Part shown: one piece after another, positions 8,312 to 17,601 of the stretch
How the letters are laid out: each line of letters begins with the position of its first letter
Numbering within the stretch: position 1 is the first letter of the stretch
Source: Corallococcus coralloides DSM 2259
GTDB lineage: Bacteria > Myxococcota > Myxococcia > Myxococcales > Myxococcaceae
Reading direction: 5' to 3'
Assembly: GCF_000255295.1 (NCBI RefSeq)
Contig: NC_017030.1
Coordinates: forward strand, 6,038,328-6,102,327
DNA length: 64,000 nt
The notes under the pieces: generated by a model
Told to the model about the DNA's origin: nothing
Database searches by the model: none
Seen by the model: the letters and a program-made list of their open reading frames with translations, nothing else
Position numbers and translations under genes: made by a program

Positions 8312-11080
8312 TCAGCCGTTGAGCACCTTCACGGCCTTGACCATGTCCGGGGCCAGCTCCTCGTGTTCCAGGAGCGTGAACCCCAGCTTCTTGCTGACGG
8401 CCTGCATGCCTCGGTTGCGAGTGAGGATGTCCGCGACGATGCGGCGCAGGCCCCAGTCCCTCCCGATATCCACCAGCCGCCGGAGCAGCTCCGTGCCCAG
8501 GCCCAGCCGCTGCGCGGGGTCGCTGACGGTGATGGCGAACTCCGCGTCCTTCGTGCCGCGCAGGCGCGTGAGCCGGCCCACCGCCAGAATCTCTCCCCCG
8601 CCCTTCCCGTCCGGGGACGGCCGCTCCGCGACGAGCGCCATCTCCCGCGCGTAGTCGTTGAAGCAGATGCGCGCCAGGCGCTCGTGGGCCACGCGCTGGC
8701 TGAGCTTCATCAGGCCCGCGTAGCGCATGAACACGGTCTGTTCGGAGAGGGCCTGGTGGAAGCGGCCCATGGCGGGCTCGTCCTCCGGGCGGATGGGGCG
8801 CACCAGCAGCTGCTCGCCGTTCTTCAGCGTGAGCACCTTCGCGTACTGGTGCGGGTACGGTTCGATGGCGAGCTTCGGCAGCGACGCGGCCTGGACGTCC
8901 GGCGGGTGCAGCACCACGCGCGCGTCCAGCGCGATGATGCGCTCGCCGGAGACGAGCAGCGGGTTGATGTCCAGCTCGCGGATGAGGCGCTGCTCCACCA
9001 CCAGCTGGCTGAAGCGCACCATCAGCCGCTCCAGTGCGCCCATGTCCACGGGGGCCCGGCCGCGCACGCCCTTGAGCGCATGGTGGATGCGCGTGCGCTC
9101 CATCATCCGGCGCGCGAGCGTGGTGGTGAGGGGCGGCAGGCCCAGGGCCCGGTCCTGCATCACCTCCACCAGCGTGCCGCCCGCGCCAAAGAGCAGCACC
9201 GGCCCGAACTGCGCGTCCAGGCTGCTGCCCAGGATCAGCTCGTAGCCGTCCAGCTTGGCCATGGGTTGCACGGTGACGCCGTGGAACGCGTCCTGGAGGC
9301 CCCGCTCCGTGAGCGCGTCGCGGATGGCGCGGTAGGCATCCCGCACCTGCGCCTCGTCGCGCAGGTCCAGGCGCACGCCGCCCACGTCCGTCTTGTGCGT
9401 CACCGTGAGCGAGTGCAGCTTGAGCACCACGGGGAAGCCCAGCGCGCGGGCCTTCTCCACCGCTTCGTCTTCCGACATGGCGAGCCACGTCTCCACGGTG
9501 GGGATGCCGTAGGCGGCCAGCAGGCGCTTGGACTCGTATTCGGACAGGAGGGTGCGGCCGGAGGCGCGGGCCTCGTCCACCAGGGCGCGCGCCACGTCGC
9601 GGGCTCCGCCAGTGGGCTCCTCCGCCAGCGTGGGCGTCTCATAGAGCCCGGCGATGTTGTCCGAGTAGCGCCACATGTAGTTGAAGACGCGGGCCGCGGT
9701 GTCCGGGTAGCCGAAGGTCGGGATGCCCGCGTCGTTGAGGATGCGCTCTCCGGCGGCGACCTCGGAGCCCCCCATCCAGCTGGCGAGCACGGGCTTGCCG
9801 GGCAGCTTCGCGTAGCCCTTGAGGCGGTCCGCCGTCTTGGTGGGCTCCGTCATGTCCTGCGGGGTGAGGATGACGAGCAGGCCGTCGCTGTTGGGGTCCG
9901 CGCCGGTGGTCTCCAGCGCCTTCGCGTAGCGCTCCGCGTCCGCGTCTCCCAGGATGTCCACCGGGTTGGCGTGGCTCCACGGAGGCGGCAGGAAGCCGTC
10001 CAGCTGCTTCCGGGTGTCGTCGGAGAGCACGGCCAGTTCTCCGCCGCCGGACACGAGCGCGTCCGTGGCGAGCACCGCGGGGCCGCCCGCGTTGGTGAGC
10101 AGGGTGAGCCTGCGTCCGGAGGGCCGGGGCTGGCGGGCCAGCACCTCCGCCATGTGGAACAGGTCCTCGATGGAGTCCACGCGCAGCACGCCCGCGCGGC
10201 GGAAGGCGGCGGAGAGCACCTCGTCGCTGCCGGCGAGCGTGCCGGTGTGGGACGCGGCGGCCTGCGCGGCCTGCGCGGTGCGGCCGGCCTTGATGACGAT
10301 GATGGGCTTGGTGAGGGCCACCTCGCGCGCGGCGGACAGGAAGGCGCGCGCGTCGCCGATGGACTCCATGTACAGCAGGATGGAGCGCGTCATCGGATCA
10401 TCCGCGAGGAAGTCGATGAGGTCTCCCCAGCCCACGTCCAGCATGGAGCCCACGGAGACGAAGGCGCTGAAGCCCACGGCCTCGCGCAGGCTCCAGTCGA
10501 GGATGGACGTCAGCAGCGCGCCGGACTGGCTGATGAAGGCCACGTTGCCTGGGCGGGCCATGCCCTTGGCGAAGGTGGCGTTGAAGCCACTCGTCGGGCG
10601 CATCACGCCCAGGCAGTTGGGCCCGATGATGCGCAGGTTCGCGGCCTGCGCGATGTGCAGCACCTCCTGCTCCAGCTTCGCGCCCTCCGGGCCCGTCTCC
10701 TTGAAGCCCGCGGAGATGATGATGGCGCCCTTGACGCCGACCTCCGCGCACTCGCGGATGATGGCCGGCACGGACTTCGCGGGCGTGACGATGACGGCCA
10801 GGTCCACGGGCTCCGGCAGCGCGCGCAGGGAAGGCCACGCCTTGATGCCGAGCACGTTGGGGCGCTGCGGGTTCACCGGGTAGACGGTGCCGCCGAACGG
10901 GCTGCTGATGAGGTTCCAGAGGACGGTGCGGCCCACGCTGCCGGGGCGCTCGCTCGCTCCCACCACCGCGACGCTGCGGGGGGAGAAGATGACCTCCAGC
11001 GGCTGACGGGTCCGCTGGTGGAGCAGGTCGATGGAAGGGTCCGTCCGGGCCGGGGGCGTGGCGGGGCGTTGCTCGTCCAT
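8312..11080 (-). CDS. Bifunctional ADP-forming acyl-CoA synthetase / GNAT protein lysine acetyltransferase (Pat-like)
   Basis: ORF 8312..11185, trimmed to the ATG at 11078-11080 (MDEQRPATP). The order is a CoA-binding domain, succinyl-CoA-synthetase-like flavodoxin domain, ATP-grasp, then a C-terminal GNAT acetyltransferase. This is the Pat architecture. Confidence 0.85.
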   Translation of the reverse strand: MDEQRPATPPARTDPSIDLLHQRTRQPLEVIFSPRSVAVVGASERPGSVGRTVLWNLISSPFGGTVYPVNPQRPNVLGIKAWPSLRALPEPVDLAVIVTPAKSVPAIIRECAEVGVKGAIIISAGFKETGPEGAKLEQEVLHIAQAANLRIIGPNCLGVMRPTSGFNATFAKGMARPGNVAFISQSGALLTSILDWSLREAVGFSAFVSVGSMLDVGWGDLIDFLADDPMTRSILLYMESIGDARAFLSAAREVALTKPIIVIKAGRTAQAAQAAASHTGTLAGSDEVLSAAFRRAGVLRVDSIEDLFHMAEVLARQPRPSGRRLTLLTNAGGPAVLATDALVSGGGELAVLSDDTRKQLDGFLPPPWSHANPVDILGDADAERYAKALETTGADPNSDGLLVILTPQDMTEPTKTADRLKGYAKLPGKPVLASWMGGSEVAAGERILNDAGIPTFGYPDTAARVFNYMWRYSDNIAGLYETPTLAEEPTGGARDVARALVDEARASGRTLLSEYESKRLLAAYGIPTVETWLAMSEDEAVEKARALGFPVVLKLHSLTVTHKTDVGGVRLDLRDEAQVRDAYRAIRDALTERGLQDAFHGVTVQPMAKLDGYELILGSSLDAQFGPVLLFGAGGTLVEVMQDRALGLPPLTTTLARRMMERTRIHHALKGVRGRAPVDMGALERLMVRFSQLVVEQRLIRELDINPLLVSGERIIALDARVVLHPPDVQAASLPKLAIEPYPHQYAKVLTLKNGEQLLVRPIRPEDEPAMGRFHQALSEQTVFMRYAGLMKLSQRVAHERLARICFNDYAREMALVAERPSPDGKGGGEILAVGRLTRLRGTKDAEFAITVSDPAQRLGLGTELLRRLVDIGRDWGLRRIVADILTRNRGMQAVSKKLGFTLLEHEELAPDMVKAVKVLNG

Positions 11081-11219
11081 GGTGCGCTCTTCTTCCGTGG
11101 GGTGGCCGTACCGGAGCAATCTCCGGCAGGCCCCCATCGTGCACCAGTTGTCAGGAAGGGGACGGGGCAGCGGACGTTTCCCCATCCTGTTCCTTATGCG
11201 AGCGAACGGGCGGACGCCG

Positions 11220-12113
11220 TCAGGACGCGCGCGCCCGCTCCACCACCGGCTTGAGCACGGTGCTGGCGAACTGCTCCAGCGTGGTGGGTGTGGTGGTCTC
11301 CTTCGAGCGCGGCTCGGCCGGATCCATGCGCCCGTCCTGGGCGGCGCCGTACATCTCCACGAAGGTATCCGCCGCGAAAGCAGGCATGCCCGCGCCCAGC
11401 ATCCCGTTGCGCAGGTCCTCCAGCCCCACGCGGACGTACTTCACGGGCTGGCCCAGCACCTGGGTGAGGATGCTCGCGACCTCCGGATAGGTGACGTCCT
11501 TGGGGCCGTGGACGCCCACGTAGCGGTGGCCCGTCCACGACGGGTCCAGCAGGAGCTCGGCCGCCTTGGCCGCGATGTCCGCAGTGGCGACCATCGGGAA
11601 GGCCTTCGTCTCCGGGTACGCGCTGAAGAGGGCCCCCGCCTTCGCCAGGCTCTGCACGTCGCGCAGCAGGTTCTCCATGAAGAAGCCCGCGCGCAGGCTG
11701 ACGACGTTCGGCGCCGCGGCCTGGAAGGCCTCTTCCACGGGCTTCATCACGGACACCGGCCCCGTGCCCGGCCCGGTCTGCGCGCCGATGCTGGAGATGA
11801 GCACCACGCGCTTCACGCCGTGCGCCTTCACGCGCTCCGCAGCCAGCCGGCCGTTGGCCTTCGCCCAGTCCTGGAAGTCCGGGCGGATGGCGGGCGGAGA
11901 CAGCCAGAAGAGCGCCTCCGCGCCAACGAGCGCCGCGTCCAGCGTGGCCTGCTCGTCGATGGAGCCCTGCACCAGCTTCGCGCCCTGCTTCATCAGGTCC
12001 GCCACCTTCTCCGGCGTGCGCGAGATGACGGTGACCTGACGGCCCGCCTTCAGCAGCTTTTCCACGAGGGGACGACCGATGTTGCCGTTCGGGGTGTTGA
12101 TGACGATGGACAT
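11220..12113 (-). CDS. NmrA-family NAD(P)-binding protein (atypical SDR oxidoreductase / regulator-like)
   Basis: The real gene is the C-terminal 298 codons of ORF 11220..13106, from the ATG at 12111-12113: [32 protein letters not shown] is a Rossmann GxxGxxG motif. The upstream two-thirds of that ORF is antisense to the LysR gene. Confidence 0.8.
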   Translation of the reverse strand: MSIVINTPNGNIGRPLVEKLLKAGRQVTVISRTPEKVADLMKQGAKLVQGSIDEQATLDAALVGAEALFWLSPPAIRPDFQDWAKANGRLAAERVKAHGVKRVVLISSIGAQTGPGTGPVSVMKPVEEAFQAAAPNVVSLRAGFFMENLLRDVQSLAKAGALFSAYPETKAFPMVATADIAAKAAELLLDPSWTGHRYVGVHGPKDVTYPEVASILTQVLGQPVKYVRVGLEDLRNGMLGAGMPAFAADTFVEMYGAAQDGRMDPAEPRSKETTTPTTLEQFASTVLKPVVERARAS

Positions 12114-12167
12114 GGGGTTTGCCTCCAGCGACCGCGAGATGGCGTGAACAGTGCCCCCGCGCCCGGC

Positions 12168-13199
12168 ATGAGGCCACTGCATGCTATGCATGCGCCCATG
12201 CGCCGCGCTCATGAAACCCCAGCGCCCTCCCCCGCGGAGGTGGACCTCTCCGGCATCAACCTCAACCTGATGGTGGCGCTGGATGCGCTGCTGCACGAGG
12301 TGCACGTCACCCGCGCCGCCGCGCGCGTGGGCCTCACCCAGTCCGCGATGAGCCATGCGCTCGCGCAGCTGCGGGAGCTGCTGGGCGACGCGCTCCTCAT
12401 CCGCGGCCGGGGCGGCATGGTGCTGACACCGCGCGCACAGCAGCTGGCCGCGCCGCTCAAGCGGGGGCTGGCGGAGCTGCGGCGGGCCCTGCGCGACGAG
12501 CCCTCGTTCGAGCCCGCCACCACGACCCGCCGCTTCACCGTGGCCACGCGCGACTTCTTCGGGTCGGTGCTGCTGCCGGGTGCGCTGGAGCTCCTGGGCC
12601 GCGAGGCCCCCGGCGTGGACCTGTCCGTGCTGCACGTGGACAGCAACACCTTCTCCAGCCACCTGGAGACGGGCGAGGTGGACCTGGCAATCATCGTCGC
12701 GCCCGTGCCGTCCGGGCCGGGCCTGCGCCAGCAGAAGCTCCTCACCGAGGACTTCGTCTGCGTGGTGCGCAAGGACCACCCCACCGTGCGCCGCAAGCTG
12801 GACCTGGACACCTACCTGAAGCTGTCCCACATCCTCATCAGCCCGAAGGGCGACGGCGTGGGCGCGGTGGACCTGGCCCTGGCCCAGCGCGGCCTGCCCC
12901 CGCGCCGCATCGCCGTGCGCGTGCCCTACTTCCTCATCGCGCCGTTGGCGGTGTCGCGCTCGGACCACGTCCTCACCGCGCCCCGCCGCCTCATCGCCGC
13001 GTTCCGCGACGCGTACGAACTCCAGGTGTTCCCCCCGCCCATCCCCTTGCGCCCCTTCGACATCCTCCAGGTCTGGCACGAGCGCTTCGACGGCGACCCC
13101 GCGCACCAGTGGCTGCGCGGACTGGTGGCGCGGTCCGTCAACACAGGGTCTGAAAACACCCGGACTTCACGAAGGGTGCGGCGCGCGCCAGCTTCCTGA
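12168..13199 (+). CDS. LysR-family transcriptional regulator (divergent from the NmrA-like gene)
   Basis: The N-terminal wHTH is LNLMVALDALLHEVHVTRAAARVGLTQSAMSHALAQLRELLGD, followed by a LysR substrate-binding domain. The start is ambiguous, with in-frame ATGs at 12168, 12186 and 12198. Confidence 0.8.
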   Translation: MRPLHAMHAPMRRAHETPAPSPAEVDLSGINLNLMVALDALLHEVHVTRAAARVGLTQSAMSHALAQLRELLGDALLIRGRGGMVLTPRAQQLAAPLKRGLAELRRALRDEPSFEPATTTRRFTVATRDFFGSVLLPGALELLGREAPGVDLSVLHVDSNTFSSHLETGEVDLAIIVAPVPSGPGLRQQKLLTEDFVCVVRKDHPTVRRKLDLDTYLKLSHILISPKGDGVGAVDLALAQRGLPPRRIAVRVPYFLIAPLAVSRSDHVLTAPRRLIAAFRDAYELQVFPPPIPLRPFDILQVWHERFDGDPAHQWLRGLVARSVNTGSENTRTSRRVRRAPAS

Positions 13200-13269
13200 C
13201 ACTCAGGGGGCACGACACTGAACGTCAGTACACAGGTGGGGGAGCATCGCATGGGGGGCTTCGTGTAGG

Positions 13270-13896
13270 GTGCTCCGCATGAATCCTGAGAAGCTTGTTT
13301 TCGCCCAGACCGTCGAAGCGCTCTTCGTCCGAGCGCTGGAGAACCGCCTGACGCCCGCATGCCGCGAGCACCTGAAGCGGGCGGGGCTGGACCTCGACCG
13401 CAAGCTGGAGCGCACCTATTCGCTGGAGCAGTGGCGGGAGTTCCTGCGCATCGCGGCCGGGCACGTCTATGGCGGTGTGCCGGCGGAGGCCGCGTACTAC
13501 TCCCTGGGCGAGCGCTTCATGGACGCCTACTTCGGCACCTTCTTTGGCCGTGCGCTCCTGGGCGTGGGCCGGCTGGCCGGTCCCCGGCGGATGCTGCTGC
13601 GGGCGGACCTGGGCTTTCGCGCCGGCAACAACTTCAGTGAAGTCAAAATCGTGGAGCGCAGCGCGACTTCGCTGGAGCTCTGGATGAACGACGTGCTGGC
13701 GGATCAGCCGACGTTCGCGGCGGGCTTGCTGGCGCGCGCGGTGGCGCTGTGCGGGGGCTGGCGGGTGGTGGCGCTGCCGGAGGAGTTCGACGGCACGGCG
13801 GCGACGTTCCACCTGCGCTGGAGCGAGGCCGCCGTGGAAGGGGCGCTCAGCGCCACTGAGGATGGGTCCGGAGGCGACGCTCGACCTCAGGCGTGA
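13270..13896 (+). CDS. DUF2378 / TIGR02265-family protein (Myxococcales-specific)
   Basis: Its length and composition match the Myxococcales-restricted TIGR02265/DUF2378 family (recalled, not tested); the N-terminus is MNPEKLVFAQTVEALFVRALE. Either the TTG at 13270 or the ATG at 13279 (MNPEKL) could be the start. Confidence 0.6.
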   Translation: MLRMNPEKLVFAQTVEALFVRALENRLTPACREHLKRAGLDLDRKLERTYSLEQWREFLRIAAGHVYGGVPAEAAYYSLGERFMDAYFGTFFGRALLGVGRLAGPRRMLLRADLGFRAGNNFSEVKIVERSATSLELWMNDVLADQPTFAAGLLARAVALCGGWRVVALPEEFDGTAATFHLRWSEAAVEGALSATEDGSGGDARPQA

Positions 13897-14698
13897 GGGT
13901 CCCCCCGTGCGGGGCCCGGGAGGACGAGCGCTCCCAGCGCTCCAGCCACCGGGTCCCCAGCGGGGCGGTCAGTGCTTCGTAGCGGGTCGAGGCCACGGTG
14001 GTCTCCCCCTTGGTGCCGGTGGAAGCGCCGGCGCCCACGTAGAACCCCGCGAGCAGCAGCGTGACGCGGGTGGGCGTGGCCGCGCTGTAGGTCATCAGCA
14101 GGGCGCCCTCTGCGTCTTCCCGGCAGTGCCGGCGCACCCGGGCGAGGACGGCTTCGGTCCACATGTCCGGGTTGGACGCGGGTGAGAACGGATCGAAGAA
14201 GACGAGGTCCGCCGGGGGCAGCTCCGCATCCGGCTCCAGGAAGGGCACGGCGTCCCCCAGCTTGAGGGTCCACTGGATGCCGGGCTCGCTCCAGGCGCCG
14301 TGCTTCATGAGGCTTTCACAGGCGTCGCGGAACGGCTGGAGGAAGGGGAAGCCCTCCGCGTCCGCGAGCGCGAGCCGCAGCGGGGCCAGGTCCACCTCGA
14401 AGCTGACGATGTGCAGGTCGCGGGCGCGGTCCGGGCCCAGTTCGCGGGCGCGGGTGAGCGCGGCGACGGCGTTGGTGGCGGCGCCCAGGCCCACGTCGTG
14501 GATGACGAGCGGCGGGCCGGGCTGGCGCAGGCGGTCCGCGAGGCCGGGCTGGTCGACGTAGAGGCGCAGGGCTTCCTGCCACGGCCCCACCGCGGGGTGC
14601 ATGACCTCGCCATGGCCCAGGTGGCGCACGGCGCGGTGGCCGTTGCGCAGGGTGACGAGTTCGAAGTCGCCGTCGCGCGGATGGGAGGGCTCGGACAT
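13847..14698 (-). CDS. MnmC/MnmD-like SAM-dependent methyltransferase domain protein (DUF752)
   Basis: This is the C-terminal 283 codons of ORF 13847..15856, from the ATG at 14696-14698 (MSEPSHPRDGDFELVTLRNG...VFFDPFSPASNPDMWT). The FDPF..NP..W signature is typical of the MnmC N-terminal methyltransferase domain. The remainder of that ORF is an antisense artefact. Confidence 0.7.
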   Translation of the reverse strand: MSEPSHPRDGDFELVTLRNGHRAVRHLGHGEVMHPAVGPWQEALRLYVDQPGLADRLRQPGPPLVIHDVGLGAATNAVAALTRARELGPDRARDLHIVSFEVDLAPLRLALADAEGFPFLQPFRDACESLMKHGAWSEPGIQWTLKLGDAVPFLEPDAELPPADLVFFDPFSPASNPDMWTEAVLARVRRHCREDAEGALLMTYSAATPTRVTLLLAGFYVGAGASTGTKGETTVASTRYEALTAPLGTRWLERWERSSSRAPHGGTLTPEVERRLRTHPQWR

Positions 14699-14746
14699 GG
14701 GGCTCCTGGCCTGGAGGGGACGTGTGGGAAAGGATGGGTGCCTAGC

Positions 14747-15742
14747 ATGACGACTCCAGGGCAGGAACATCGGGGCGCGCTTCACGGGGAGGACGTCCGG
14801 CACGGGGAGGCTGCGTTCGAGGGCGGCCGGGTGCGGCTGTCGCTGCGGGTGGAAGCGGAAACGCGCACGGTGCTGGCGGCGGCGTGGGAGGCGTCGATGG
14901 AAGCCTTGGGGGGCTCCGGGCATCCGCTGGCGGCGTGCCTGGAGTCGCTGTGTCAGAACGCGGTGGGCATGGGGGTGGACGTGTTCCTGCGCTTCGACGA
15001 CTTCCACCTGCGCTCGGGGTGTCCGGAGGGGTTGGAGGCGACGGAGGAGGCGGGGCTGGCGGTGCGGGTGTTCCGGCTGGCCTTCAGCCAGTTCCATCCC
15101 CGGGCCACGGGGCCCGCGTACCTGTCGAGCGGGCTGGTGCTGGCGAAGCTGCCCCGGGGCGCGCGTCCGGAGTGGGACGAGCCGGGGTTCTACTTCGCGC
15201 ACTACTACCGGGAAGAGCTGTGGCCCGCGGCGGTGGAGGAGGCGCGCCGGGGCGGCGTGCTGGGGCCTCAAGCGGCGTGTGCGTACATCGATGCGCTGCT
15301 GGCGAAGGCGGATGACACGGTGGAGCTGGACTGGCCCGTGGAGCAGGGCACGGCGACCTGGGACTGGCTGACGCGCGTGTGCCTGCCAGCGGTGACAAGG
15401 GGCGCGGAGCGGACGCGGCAGTTGCTGGAAGGTGGGTACGGGGGCGCGAGCGGCACGGGGAGCTTCCCCTTCGGGCACCTGGATGGAGGGCCGTGGCATC
15501 CACCGGTGGGGCTGCCGGAGCCCGAGGACGTGGGGCACGCGGAGTTCATCCTCGGGGACCTGGAGCACCTGCTGCCGGAGCTGCCGAAGGACGGCGTGCT
15601 GCTGGCCGCGCCGCGGTGGATGGCGGTGGGACAGACGCGGGACTCCCCTGCCCTGCGCAGGGCGGACATCTCCAGTGAGGAGGCTGGAGGCTTCGGCCTG
15701 TTCAACGCGGCGGCGCACGACGTGGGCGAAGACGATGATTGA
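14747..15742 (+). CDS. Hypothetical protein (331 aa), first gene of a three-gene translationally coupled operon
   Basis: ATG at 14747 within ORF 14300..15742. It has a balanced amino-acid composition including W, F, Y and C, and high GC3. Its stop overlaps the next gene's start (ATGATTGA). Confidence 0.55.
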   Translation: MTTPGQEHRGALHGEDVRHGEAAFEGGRVRLSLRVEAETRTVLAAAWEASMEALGGSGHPLAACLESLCQNAVGMGVDVFLRFDDFHLRSGCPEGLEATEEAGLAVRVFRLAFSQFHPRATGPAYLSSGLVLAKLPRGARPEWDEPGFYFAHYYREELWPAAVEEARRGGVLGPQAACAYIDALLAKADDTVELDWPVEQGTATWDWLTRVCLPAVTRGAERTRQLLEGGYGGASGTGSFPFGHLDGGPWHPPVGLPEPEDVGHAEFILGDLEHLLPELPKDGVLLAAPRWMAVGQTRDSPALRRADISSEEAGGFGLFNAAAHDVGEDDD

Positions 15743-16475
15743 TGGGCGCCTGCTGTGGGGGCTGGCGGCCCTGCTGTGCCTGTCGTGTGCTTCAGGTCCA
15801 AGGCAGTACGCGCAGACGTCCGACTCCGCGACCAGTGGATGTCTGCGCAATCCCACCTGCTACACGCAGCCGGGGGATGAAGCGTTCCTGCCGTGGGTGG
15901 ACAAGGCCGCCAGGGCCGCGGCCTCAGCGGGCGCCACGATGAAGCTCCTGGAGGCGGCGGACGTGGCCCGCATCGAGCACCTGTTGGTGGAGTGCGCGAA
16001 GGAGGCGAACCACGCCGTCAATGAACGTGAGTACGGCGAGGGGAAATACCCGGACGACAAGGAGTGCTTGCGCGTGGTGGGCTACGACAAGTACGGCGAT
16101 CCCATCCGACGCCAGGCCGAGCTTGGGACGATGAAACATGACGTTGCCTTCGCCTGCGTGCGGCGCGAAATCCTCCGGCTCTTCCCCAAGAACGTCTCGA
16201 TTGAGCCGCGCTATAGCGGCGACACCAGCTCTGGCGGCCCTGCCATGACGAGCATGTGGACGGGCTCGAACAAGCCCGACATCGTCCTTCACGCCACAGG
16301 TCAGCCTCTCCAGATTCAATGCATCTTCGACTTCAAGTTTCCGTGCACCCTCTCAGGCAAAAGCCAGCCGCTCGGCAGTTCTGAGACCCGGAAGCAAATG
16401 GCCCGCTACAAGGAGTTGGGCGGGAAATGCAGGCCAGCCATCATCACGCCTCAGTTTGGAGTCTTGCGTGAGTAA
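15735..16475 (+). CDS. Lipoprotein with C-terminal PD-(D/E)xK-like nuclease motif (candidate polymorphic/SitA-like toxin)
   Basis: ATG at 15735 (MIDGRLLWGLAALLCLSCAS, lipobox). The C-terminal region contains KPDIVLH ... IQCIFDFKFP, consistent with a D...(D/E)xK restriction-endonuclease-like active site. Confidence 0.55.
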   Translation: MIDGRLLWGLAALLCLSCASGPRQYAQTSDSATSGCLRNPTCYTQPGDEAFLPWVDKAARAAASAGATMKLLEAADVARIEHLLVECAKEANHAVNEREYGEGKYPDDKECLRVVGYDKYGDPIRRQAELGTMKHDVAFACVRREILRLFPKNVSIEPRYSGDTSSGGPAMTSMWTGSNKPDIVLHATGQPLQIQCIFDFKFPCTLSGKSQPLGSSETRKQMARYKELGGKCRPAIITPQFGVLRE

Positions 16476-17472
16476 GTACCCTTCATTCCACCACTTCGCT
16501 AGGTCGCTCCCCCGAGTCCAACTGGTCCTGCGCGCTGTCTTCTATTTGCCGCATGACCATGCGGTCGTAGCACCCGTCCTCCAACGCACCCTCGATATCT
16601 ACCGGGACTTCATCGGGCTCAATGGCGGGGCACTGACCGTCGGAGAGGATTCCGACATCATTGAGGATGTCTTCCCGGTTCAATCCGAGTTCTGGGAGGA
16701 AGTTCAACGCCACCTCACCAAGCCTCGATTTGAACACCTGGACGACATGGAGCAAGACTCCTACTGGTTTCGAAGATTGACCAAGAGGGGTTTCGACACA
16801 TGGGTTCTCCTCAAGGGAGGAGAGTCGGATCCCAGCGGCTACGAATTCAGCTTCCGCTCTCGGCTTCCCTGGCGCGAACCTTCTTCTGAGTACAGCGTTC
16901 TGAGCGTGAAGGTCCCCATGCAGTACCTGGAGGATCAGGGGCCCGAGAAGGCACGTGAGCTGGCGCTGTCGCTGGCGGAGCTCCTTCCCTTCAGCACGGG
17001 CCATGCGGGACTGTCGCTTTCGTTCACCCGTGGGAGGTCGAAACTCCTTCCCCTCCTGAGGGATCAACTGGTCCAACATCCCGGCTGGGATGTTCCACGG
17101 GAGAGTACGTGGGGCATGGGGGAAGGCGTTGACGGCATCCACTGGCTGAACTTCCTGGGCCCTCCCCTCCTCGAAACCGTTGGCGGCATCCAGGCGCTCC
17201 GCTCGCACCTGAGCCATCCGGAGACCTCCGTCCAGGAGCTCACCGGAGGCCGTGCCTTGATCAGCCTGGGACCCGCGCCGCTCGCGGGGGACACGAAGCT
17301 GGGTGAGACACTGCCGGCGTATCGCGAGCTGGCCCGGTTCCTGGAGCCCTGGCTCCTGCCCTTCCCCCACGTCAACACCTGGGACGGCTACACCGACGAA
17401 GAGGCCCGCCTCTGGTGGCGCCGCTTCCTGGAGGCCCCTCCCGAGAAGATATCCGACCCACGCGACGGGTAA
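16456..17472 (+). CDS. Hypothetical cytoplasmic protein, possibly DUF3396/type-VI-immunity-like (candidate immunity partner)
   Basis: ORF 16456..17472 has a TTG or GTG start overlapping the upstream stop. It is about 330 aa with no signal peptide. The family assignment comes from recall of Myxococcus DUF3396 proteins and is low-confidence. Confidence 0.5.
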
Positions 17473-17601
17473 CCGCGCCGGATTTTTTCACGCATTGCCC
17501 CAGCACCCGGCGCACTGATAATCCGCAACCCGGAGTGTTTACGTCGAGCGGCGGGCCGACGGTCGTGTTCGCGCCAGCCCTCGCGGATCGGGGTTTCATC
17601 G

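Noticed and set aside
6625-11254. Long antisense ORFs (6625..8292 minus, 8201..11254 plus, 8238..9488 minus) overlapping the lipoprotein and Pat genes
   Set aside because: They have homopolymeric R/A/G/P composition and no domain signatures. The real genes on the opposite strand are well supported.
13847-13896. 50-bp convergent overlap between the DUF2378 gene and the MnmC-like gene
   Set aside because: Short convergent 3' overlaps are common in high-GC genomes. One stop may simply be mis-set, so it is not treated as a feature.
13847-15856. 669-aa minus ORF treated as one gene
   Set aside because: Only the C-terminal 283 codons (from the ATG at 14698) encode a MnmC-like protein. Upstream of that the frame is Arg/Pro/Gln-rich garbage antisense to a plausible plus-strand gene (14747..15742).
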